Translations under genes and position numbers: made by a program | Assembly: GCA_040005235.1 (NCBI GenBank) | Contig: JBDTZG010000009.1 | Location: forward strand, 32,001-96,000 | Reading direction: 5' to 3' | DNA length: 64,000 nucleotides | DNA from: Acidobacteriota bacterium | GTDB taxonomy: Bacteria > Acidobacteriota > Thermoanaerobaculia > Multivoradales > UBA5704 | In this document: piece by piece, positions 53,261 through 61,632 of the stretch | Position numbering within the stretch: position 1 is the stretch's first letter | Layout of the letters: every line of letters starts with the position of its first letter | The notes under the pieces: generated by a model | Databases searched by the model: none | The model's input: the letters and a program-made list of their open reading frames with translations, nothing else | Told to the model about the DNA's origin: nothing

Positions 53261-53977
53261 TCACATTGCCGCGGCCGCGATTTCGGGTGGGCGCGCGGCA
53301 GCCGAGGTGAAATCCGGTCCGAGGCGGCGGCGCTCTTCGAGGAACGCCAGCCACTCCTCCATCCCGAAGCCGGTCTTGGCGGAGGTGACGATCACCGGCA
53401 GGCCCGGGCGCACCGCTTCGATGTTCGCGCGCGCCGCCGCCTCGTCGAATTCGCACGGCAAGGCGAGATCCCACTTGGTGATCAAGGCGAGGTCCGCTGA
53501 ATTGAAGATCCCGGGGTATTTGAGCGGTTTGTCCTCGCCTTCGGTCACCGACAGGAGGACCACGCGCACCGCCTCGCCCAGGTCGTAGCTCGAAGGGCAG
53601 ACGAGGTTGCCGACGTTTTCGACGAACAGGTAGGCGAGGCCCGCGAGCGGCCAGCCTTCGAGGTGCGATTCGACCCACTCGGCTTCGAGATGACAGCGCC
53701 CGTGGGTGTTGATCTGGCGCACCGGCGCGCCGCTCGCCGCCAGGCGGCGCGCGTCGTTGTCGGTTTCCAAGTCGCCGACCAGAGCCGCCACCGGCACGCT
53801 GCGCTTCACCAGCTCGGAGAGCGTCCGTTCGAGAAACGCGGTCTTGCCGGTGCCCGGGCTCGACACCAGGTTGAGGGTCAAGACGTCGGCGGCGCGGAAC
53901 CGCGCGCGCAGGGCGCGGGCGGTCTCGTCGTTCTTGTTCAGGATGTCCCGCCGAAGCTCAAGGATGCGAGTGGTCAT
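53261..53977 (-). CDS. hypB: Hydrogenase nickel-insertion GTPase
   Basis: SSPGTGKT, CHL, ENVGNLVCP, EGEDKPLKYP, TKWD; start trimmed to ATG 53977. Confidence 0.96.
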   Translation of the reverse strand: MTTRILELRRDILNKNDETARALRARFRAADVLTLNLVSSPGTGKTAFLERTLSELVKRSVPVAALVGDLETDNDARRLAASGAPVRQINTHGRCHLEAEWVESHLEGWPLAGLAYLFVENVGNLVCPSSYDLGEAVRVVLLSVTEGEDKPLKYPGIFNSADLALITKWDLALPCEFDEAAARANIEAVRPGLPVIVTSAKTGFGMEEWLAFLEERRRLGPDFTSAAARPPEIAAAAM

Positions 53978-54384
53978 AAAGCCGTTTCCCCGCTTGCCAA
54001 GCTGTCCGCGCGCCCGTCGGTGGCCGTCTCGTCTTCGAGGGAATCGACCTCGATCGCCTCGATGTGCAGCTCGCGCCCCTTGCGGATGTCGCCGCTCGGA
54101 GTACCGCAGACCGTGCAGCGAAACTGCGTCGGTCCCGGCAACTCCACGTCCCGCGCACAGGTGGCGCAGTGGACGATCAAGGGTACCTCGCGCACGACCA
54201 GCCGGGAGCCTTCGAGCAGTGTATCCCGGACCGCGATGTCGTAGCAAAATAGAAGCGAATCCACCGAAACGCCCCCGAGCACGCCTACCGCGATGCGCAC
54301 TTCGCGCACCCTTGGCGACCCGGCCCGCTCCACCACCGGAAGCGCCAGCTCGACCAGCGAATGGGCGATCGACAGCTCGTGCAT
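53974..54384 (-). CDS. hypA: Hydrogenase nickel metallochaperone
   Basis: MHELSIA, CATC, CTVC, GREL. Confidence 0.96.
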   Translation of the reverse strand: MHELSIAHSLVELALPVVERAGSPRVREVRIAVGVLGGVSVDSLLFCYDIAVRDTLLEGSRLVVREVPLIVHCATCARDVELPGPTQFRCTVCGTPSGDIRKGRELHIEAIEVDSLEDETATDGRADSLASGETAL

Positions 54385-54395
54385 GTTGCGGCGGA

Positions 54396-55184
54396 TCAGC
54401 CGCCGAGCCCCCGGCCGTAGCTCTTCGCCACGTAGAGCACGAGGCGAACCGTAGCCTGGATCTCGGGGTCCTTGAGCGAGCGGTACAGCTCGAACAGGCC
54501 GACCGGCTTGGCCGGATGGGCGAGAAAGTCCTGGTAGCTCGCCGCCACTGTGCGCCCGATCCGGACGAGCACCTCGACGGTCTGGCGATCGAACATTCCC
54601 GCCTCGGCGAGCACCTCGCCGGCTTCGACCAGGCCGGGCAGCTCCGAGATGATGCGGCGGACCCGCTCGGGGTCCAGGTCGGGAATCGCGGTCTTTAGAT
54701 CGGACATGCCCTCGGCCACCGATTCGATCACGGCATCGCTCCGGCGCAAGAAGCCGTCGAGCGAATCGAGCAGAAAGGCGATCACCTCGACGTTGCCGAG
54801 CAGCGAGGAGAGCGCCTGGATCGTCTTGGGATCGCCGAGCTTTTCGAGCAGGCCGGAGTCGAGCAGCCGGGAAACCTCGGGCCGGGCCGCCAGGTCCGCC
54901 ATGCGCCCTCCCGTCCGCAACAACTGGGGCACCTTGGCCATCAGCTCGCCGCTTCCCTCCTCCCCCACCATGTGGCGCAGCTCGCCCATCCCTTGGGCGA
55001 CGGAGTCGGCGACCACCTCGGCGCGACGGAGAAACCCTTCGAACGCCTCGACGGAGAAGACGATGACGTCCAGCCGATCGAGCAGGCGGTTCAGCGAGTC
55101 GACCGTCGCCGGCTCGCCAAGCCTCTCCAGCAGGCGCTCCTGGGGGGTGAGCACCCCGGCGCTGCCGTCACCGCCTGTCGCCAT
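54396..55184 (-). CDS. HucM-like (DUF1641) helical protein with a tandemly duplicated core
   Basis: 262 aa from ATG 55184 (GGGAGGA RBS); two copies of L.P.T...L..LL....VI.F......GFLRR; C-terminal VGLFELYRSLKDPEIQ amphipathic DUF1641-type motif. Confidence 0.75.
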   Translation of the reverse strand: MATGGDGSAGVLTPQERLLERLGEPATVDSLNRLLDRLDVIVFSVEAFEGFLRRAEVVADSVAQGMGELRHMVGEEGSGELMAKVPQLLRTGGRMADLAARPEVSRLLDSGLLEKLGDPKTIQALSSLLGNVEVIAFLLDSLDGFLRRSDAVIESVAEGMSDLKTAIPDLDPERVRRIISELPGLVEAGEVLAEAGMFDRQTVEVLVRIGRTVAASYQDFLAHPAKPVGLFELYRSLKDPEIQATVRLVLYVAKSYGRGLGG

Positions 55185-55252
55185 GCGTGATCCTCCCTGC
55201 GACGCGAGGTTCCCAAGATCCCGACTGTATACCCCCACGCGCCCGCGCAACC

Positions 55253-55270
55253 ATGGCATAAGTTTGCCAT
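55253..55270. promoter_or_regulatory. Perfect 6-6-6 inverted repeat, candidate operator in the divergent hucM/hypF promoter
   Basis: ATGGCA-TAAGTT-TGCCAT in an AT-richer intergenic patch. Confidence 0.45.
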
Positions 55271-55345
55271 CTAAACATCCCGACAAATTTACCGCCCGGA
55301 TTCCGAAAGAGAGCCCAAAGAACCCCTGCTGCTAGAGTCGCTCCA

Positions 55346-57643
55346 ATGCCTTCCGACCCGCCGATCCGCCACCGCCTGAGTGTCGGCGGAATCGTCCAGG
55401 GGGTCGGGTTTCGCCCTTTCGTTTACTCCCTCGCGACCCGCTACGGCCTGGGAGGCTCGGTGAGGAATGTGGCCGGGGGCGTGGCGATCGAAATCGAAGG
55501 GCCGGCGGAGAACGTCGCCGCGTTCGAGCGCAATCTCTCCGCCGAGGCGCCCCCGCTCGCGGCGATCGACGAGATCCGCATCGAAGAGAGGACGCCGGGC
55601 GGAGAGCGCGGGTTCAAGATCGAAACCAGCGGCGCCGCAGAGGCCGTGCCGACTCCCGTCTCTCCCGATGTCGCCGTCTGCGACGCCTGTCTCTCGGAGC
55701 TGTTCGACCCGGCGGACCGCCGCTATCGCTACCCGTTCATCAACTGCACCGACTGCGGCCCGCGCTTCACGATCATCGCGTCGCTCCCCTACGACCGGCC
55801 GAGGACGACGATGCGCGCGTTCGCGATGTGCTCTCGCTGCCAGGCAGAATACGACGATCCGAAGAGCCGGCGCTTCCACGCCCAGCCGAACGCCTGCCCG
55901 GAATGCGGGCCTTCGCTCACCTTTCGAGTCGCCGGACGCGGCTCCGCCCCTCAGCCGGAGGCGCTTCTTGCCGCCGGCCGCGCGCTCGATGCAGGGGAGG
56001 TCGTCGCGATCAAAGGGATCGGCGGCTTCCACCTTGCCTGCGATGCCACCTCCGATCGCGCGGTCGCCGAGCTGCGTCGCCGGAAAGGACGCGGCGACAA
56101 ACCGTTCGCCGTGATGGTGCCGGACCTCGACGTCGCGCGCCGGTTGGCGATCCTCTCCGCTGATGAGGAACGCCTTCTCGCCGGCCGCGAACGGCCGATC
56201 GTGCTAGTCGAAAAGCGCCAGGGCCTTCCTCTCTCGGAACTCGTGGCGCCCGGCCAGGCCCGGCTCGGCCTGCTGCTCCCCTACTCGCCGCTCCACCATC
56301 TGCTGCTCGCCGGCCGAGTCCTGGTCATGACTTCCGGCAACCGGAGCGAAGAGCCGATCTGTCGAGAGAACGACGAGGCGCTGGAACGGCTTGGCGATCT
56401 TGCCGACGCGTTTCTGCTCCACGACCGGGAGATCCATGCGGTCTGCGACGACTCGGTGATCCGAGTTTTCGAAGAGCGCGAGCTGCCCCTGCGCCGCTCG
56501 CGCGGCTACGCGCCCTATCCGTTGCGGCTTCCTTTTCCTTCTCCCCCGCTGCTGGCAGTCGGCGCGGAGCTGAAAGCGACGTTCTGCCTGGCGCAGGACC
56601 GCAGGGCGTTTCTGTCCCAGCACATCGGCGACCTGGGCAATCTCGAAACGCTCACCGCGTTCGAGCGCGCGGTCGAGCACCTTTCCGATCTCTTCCGCAT
56701 CGAGCCCGAGCGAATCGCCTGCGATCTCCATCCCGACTACCTGGGGACCCGCTGGGCCGAGCGGCAAGCCGCCGGGCGCGGCCTGCCGCTCGTCCGCGTG
56801 CAGCACCACCACGCGCACATCGCCGCCTTGATGGCCGAGCACGGCCTGCCCGGCGACCGGCCGGTGCTCGGCGCAAGCTTCGACGGCACCGGCTACGGGC
56901 ACGACGGCGCGATCTGGGGGGGAGAGATCCTGCTCGCCTACTACGCCCGCGCCGAACGGATCGCCCACCTGCGCTACGCCCCGCTGCCGGGAGGGGATGC
57001 CGCCATCCGCCACCCCCGGCGGATGGCACTCGCCCACCTGGCCGCCGCGGGGATCGAATGGCATCCCGAGCTTCCCCCCGTCGCGGCGACGCCGGAAGGC
57101 GAACGGCGGATCCTGGCGCGGCAGCTGGCGACCGGATTCGGCACCGTGCCCACGAGCAGCATGGGCCGTCTGTTCGATGCCGTCTCCGCCCTCGCCGACC
57201 TCGCCCAGGAATCGCGATTCGAAGGCCAAGCGGCGATGGCGCTCGAAGCCGCGGCGGAGGGCTCGACGGGCGGCGAAACGGGCGGCGGGACCTATCGTTT
57301 CGCGCTGCGCGACGAGGACATCCTGCGCCTCGATCCGACCCCGCTGCTCGCGGCCGTGGTGCGCGACCGGCTGCGTGGCGAGGATCCCGGAAAGATCGCC
57401 GCCCGCTTTCACACCGCGGTCGCCGACGCCCTGGTCGCCGCCTGCCTCCACGGCAGGAAGAAGACCGGTGTTTCGACCGTCGCCCTCTCGGGCGGGGTGT
57501 TCCAAAACGTCCGGCTGCTGCGCCTCGCGAAAGACGGTCTCACCCGCGCGGGCTTCGCGGTGCTCACCCATCACAAGGTGCCGCCCAACGACGGCGGCTT
57601 GGCGCTCGGCCAGGCGGTGATCGCCGGGGTCCATCCGGCGTAG
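55346..57643 (+). CDS. hypF: Carbamoyltransferase
   Basis: GIVQGVGFRPFV, CxxC zinc fingers (CDAC, CTDC, CSRC, CPEC), KGIGGFHL, QHHHAH, NDGGLALGQ. Confidence 0.97.
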   Translation: MPSDPPIRHRLSVGGIVQGVGFRPFVYSLATRYGLGGSVRNVAGGVAIEIEGPAENVAAFERNLSAEAPPLAAIDEIRIEERTPGGERGFKIETSGAAEAVPTPVSPDVAVCDACLSELFDPADRRYRYPFINCTDCGPRFTIIASLPYDRPRTTMRAFAMCSRCQAEYDDPKSRRFHAQPNACPECGPSLTFRVAGRGSAPQPEALLAAGRALDAGEVVAIKGIGGFHLACDATSDRAVAELRRRKGRGDKPFAVMVPDLDVARRLAILSADEERLLAGRERPIVLVEKRQGLPLSELVAPGQARLGLLLPYSPLHHLLLAGRVLVMTSGNRSEEPICRENDEALERLGDLADAFLLHDREIHAVCDDSVIRVFEERELPLRRSRGYAPYPLRLPFPSPPLLAVGAELKATFCLAQDRRAFLSQHIGDLGNLETLTAFERAVEHLSDLFRIEPERIACDLHPDYLGTRWAERQAAGRGLPLVRVQHHHAHIAALMAEHGLPGDRPVLGASFDGTGYGHDGAIWGGEILLAYYARAERIAHLRYAPLPGGDAAIRHPRRMALAHLAAAGIEWHPELPPVAATPEGERRILARQLATGFGTVPTSSMGRLFDAVSALADLAQESRFEGQAAMALEAAAEGSTGGETGGGTYRFALRDEDILRLDPTPLLAAVVRDRLRGEDPGKIAARFHTAVADALVAACLHGRKKTGVSTVALSGGVFQNVRLLRLAKDGLTRAGFAVLTHHKVPPNDGGLALGQAVIAGVHPA

Positions 57644-57660
57644 AGCGACAGGAGCGTTCC

Positions 57661-57984
57661 ATGCATCGACCCTTGACCTACCTTTCTCTGCTGGCGCTCG
57701 CCCCACTTTCGCTTCCTGCGCAGGCTCCCACCGATCGAAAGGCCGAGAAACTGGACCGGCCGCCGCGCGTTGCGGCGAGACGGCACGCTGTTGAACGGCG
57801 TGGGATTTCGCCGACGGTCCGCGTGGAGCGAACACTGGCGGTGTGGCCGTCTCGGCGCCCGCGCAGGCGAGACGCCGACGGTCCCAGGAACAGCACACCC
57901 TTCAATCAAGATTTCGATAGCCGCACTCCGGCGTTTCGTTTAGGCTGGCCGAAACTCCGGAGAGTACCCTTATGCGCCTTTTAG
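57661..57984 (+). other. Short ORF with a signal peptide, possible gene remnant
   Basis: AGGAG RBS, then MHRPLTYLSLLALAPLSLPAQA; the remainder is Arg/Pro-rich and does not look like a normal protein. Confidence 0.3.
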
Positions 57985-60900
57985 CCCGTCTCGCCCTCCT
58001 CGCTCTCTTTGCTTCAACATTCTCGCTTCCCCTGGCCGGGCAGGTGCCGGTCCAGGTCGCGGATTTGAATACGACGCGGTACGACAACGGCGACTCGTAT
58101 TTTTTCCGCAGCGAATTCGTCGAATTCGGCGGCCTCGTATATTTCACCGCGTCCGATGTTCTGCATGGGCTGGAGCTGTGGAAGACCGACGGCACGGAGG
58201 CGGGCACGGTGCGCCTTACCGACCTCTGCCCCGGTTCGTGCGATTCGTTTCCGCGCAATCTGACCGTCGTCGGGGGTTCGATCTACTTTTCGGCGGACGA
58301 CGGCGCGCACGGGTTCGAGCCGTGGATTACGGACGGCACGACCGCCGGGACGCGGATGATCCGCGACACCGTGCCCGGGCTGGGTGGCAGCTTTCCGAAT
58401 CTGTTGCGGGTGCTGGGTGGGCGGGTCTTCTATTCGGCGAGCGACCCTGATGCCGGTTCGGAGCTTTGGGTGACCGACGGCACGGCCGGCGGCACGGGGC
58501 GATTGGTCGACATCCAACCCGGACCGAACAGTTCGCAGGCGATCCCTTGGCAGGTCGTCGGTACCAATCTCTTTTTCTCCGCGGACGACGGCGTCCACGG
58601 TGTGGAGCTTTGGGCCACCGATGGCACCGCGGCGGGAACGCGGATGGTGCTCGACATTTTTCCGGGCGCCACGGCGTCCCTCTTGGGATTCATTCCGCTA
58701 CCCGGGCTCAACCGATTCGCCGCGCTCGGATCGCGCATTTTCTTTGCCGCCGCCGACGCGACGAACGACTACGAGCTTTGGGCAAGCGATGGCACCGCGG
58801 CGGGAACCACGCGGGTCGCCGACATCCATCCCGGCCCGGACGCCTCCGTGCCAACCTACTTCGAGGTTCTAGGATCGATCCTCCTCTTCAAGGCCGGTGA
58901 TGGCACGACCGGCACGGAGCTCTGGCGCACCGACGGCACGGAGGCCGGCACGGTGGCGGTCAAGGATATTTACCCCGGCACCACCGGATCCGACCCCTAC
59001 GAGCTGACCCGTTTCGGCAGTGCGCTTTATTTTCATGCCAACGACGACGTGCATGGGCGCGAGCTGTGGAAGTCCGACGGTACCGAAGCCGGAACCGCCC
59101 TGGTCGCGGATATCCGGCCGGGCGTCGATTCCGGGCTCCAGCTCTTTTACAGCCCGCACAGTTTGACGCCCGTCGGCTCGCGGCTGCTCTTCTTTGCCGA
59201 CGACGGAGTCTCCGGCAACGAGGTGTGGGCGACCGACGGCACCCTGGCAGGCACGGCGCAGGTCGCCGATCTCAATCCGGGTTCCGCTCACGCGGACGGC
59301 GGCAGCTTCGTCGGCGGCTTCGAGCTCCGGTCGTTTCCGGGGGCCGCTGGTACTTCACCGTCTACGACGGTCCCTACCTCGAAGGACATCATCTCTTTGC
59401 CTCCGATGGCACCGCGGCGGGGACGGTTCGAGTCAAGCGGCTGGGCGACGAGCGCTCCGGCGTCACGCTGCCCCTTTTCGGCCGCGCGCTCGATTCGCGC
59501 GCCACGACGGCCTTGGCGAATCGCCTGATCTTTTCGGGCGACGACGGCATCCAAGGAGGCGAACCGGCGGCGAGCGACGGCACGCCGACGGGGACCGCGC
59601 CCCTGCTGGACGTGAACCCGGGGTTCGACACCTCGACTCCAGGCGAAATGATCACGCTCGGTTCGCGGGCGCTTTTCAGCGCATGGCAGGGCACGGGGGA
59701 TCGCACCCTCTACGCCACCGACGGCACTTCGATCGGCACCGTCCCCCTTTCGCCGCTCTCGCAGCCGAGCTACCTCACTGCCCTTTCAGGGACGGCGTAT
59801 TTTTCCGCCTCCGATACCGCCCACGGCACCGAGGTCTGGAAAAGCGACGGCACCCCCGGCGGGACCGGTCTCGCGTTCGATCTCGTACCGGGCACCCCAA
59901 GCTCGTTTCCGGCATCCTTCACGCCGCTCGGCGGCAAGCTGTTCTTCACCGCGTCGGATCCGACCGCGGGCTACGAGCTGTGGGCAACCGACGGCGCGAC
60001 CGCCAACCGCGTGGCCGACATCGCGCCGGGGACCGCGAGCGGATTCCCCACCCAGCTCGCCCCGTCACCCGACGACCCTTCCGGCCCCACGATCTTCTTT
60101 GCCGCCGACGACGGAACGAACGGCCGCGAGCTGTGGATCTCCGACGGCACCGCCGCCGGCACCTACCTCGTCCGGGATCTGGCCGTCGGGCCGGCGTCTT
60201 CGATCGAAGCCTCACCGATCGACTCGTTCGCCTCGGAAAGCGGCGCCACGATGGCCACCTTTCCGAGCGGTCTCGCCGTCTTCGCCGCGTCCGACGTACC
60301 CGGCGACGAAGAGATCTGGACGAGCGGCGGGTGGCCGGTCCCGAGCAACACCTTCCGCCTCGCCGACGTCAACGTCGGACCGTCCGGCTCCCAGCCGCGC
60401 CAGCTCACGCGGGTCGCTCAGCGAATCGTCTTCGTCGCCGACGACGGCGTCCACGGCCGCGAGCTGTGGATGGCGACGCAGGACAACCTGACCGCCATGC
60501 TGCTCGCCGACGTCTTGCCCGGCCCCGCCTCCTCGGTGCCGCAGCACCTCACCGGCTTCGGCGGGCTCGTCCTGTTTTCTGCCGACGACGGAACGCACGG
60601 CCGTGAGCCTTGGGTGACCGACGGAACGCCCGAGGGGACTCGACGAATGGCGGACATTGCCCCCGGGCCGCTTCCCTCGAGCCCGTACAACTTCACCGCG
60701 GTCGGCGGCGACCTCTATTTCGCGGCCACCGACGCGGTCTCGGGCTTCGAGCTCTGGCGCGTGCCGCGTTCGAGCCTGGGCGCGCACCTCACCGCCACCA
60801 AGCAGGTGAGCGGTCAGTTCGTGGCTGGCGGTCTGGTGACCTACACGATCGTCCTCACCAACACCGGGTTGGGCGCCCAGCTCGGCAATTCCGGCGTCCA

Positions 60901-61555
60901 ACTCGAAGATCCGATCTCGCCCAGCCTGGCGCTCCAGAGCGTTACGGCTTCCTCCGGAACCATCACCCACGCCGTTCCCGGTCCTCAGATCAACTGGTCC
61001 GGCGAGATCCCGGCGGGTGGTCAGGTGACGATCACGATGATCTTTCGAGTCCAGCCGGGCACGCCGCCCGAAACGGTGATCACGAACCAGGCGACGGTCC
61101 ATTTCGATTCCGACGGCGACCTGGTCGACGACACGAACATCTCGACCGACGACCCCGGCCAGCCGGGCGGGCAGGACGGCACCACGTTCCGCGTCGGCCT
61201 CGGGCTCTACACCGTTCCGCCCTGCCGGGCGTTCGACAGCCGGCCCGGCTCGCCGCTTTTGAACGGCTTTACGCAGACGGTCACGATCGCCGCGGTCTGC
61301 GGCATTCCGGCGACCGCCAAGGCGTTGTCGTTCAACCTGACCGCGATCGGACCGAACACCCTCGGGTTCCTCCGAGTCTATCCTTCCGGCTCCCCTGCGG
61401 GCATCGTCTCTCAGATCAACTTCGGTCCCGGGCAGACCCGGTCGAACAACGGCATCATCGAAATCGGCACCGACGGAAAAGTGGTGGTCGCCGCGGCGCT
61501 CACCTTCGGCGGCGCGGTCGATTTCGTGCTCGACGTCGTGGGGTATTTCGAGTAG
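57972..61555 (+). pseudogene. Secreted ELWxxDGT-repeat protein with a DUF11-like domain and C-terminal PCRxxDxR domain, split by one frameshift (real or assembly error)
   Basis: Signal peptide and ELWKTDGT repeats in ORF 57972-59528; the repeats continue in the -1 frame (ORF 59066-61555) from about 59325; LTATKQVS..VTYTIVLTN; YTVPPCRAFDSR...VLDVVGYFE. Confidence 0.8.
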
Positions 61556-61579
61556 ACCCCAGGGACGACCTGCACCCCG

Positions 61580-61599
61580 GCGGGGGTGAAGCCCCCCGC
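61580..61599 (+). terminator. GC-rich hairpin downstream of the first ELWxxDGT gene
   Basis: GCGGGGG-TGAAGC-CCCCCGC; no U-tract. Confidence 0.3.
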
Positions 61600-61632
61600 G
61601 GACCGGGCCGCGTCTCCGATAAACTGCACCCC

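Noticed and set aside
55254-55267. Sigma54-like TGGCA...TTGC
   Set aside because: GG-to-GC spacing is 11 nt rather than the obligatory 12 on both strands; better explained as a palindrome.
28911-55286. N-terminally extended ORF-track starts (purA 30499, hemA 30443, hemD 33156, hypD 43394, hucS 50804, hypB 54247, hucM 55286 and others)
   Set aside because: The extensions overlap neighbouring genes or lack homology-like sequence; internal starts with an RBS or stop-start coupling fit better.
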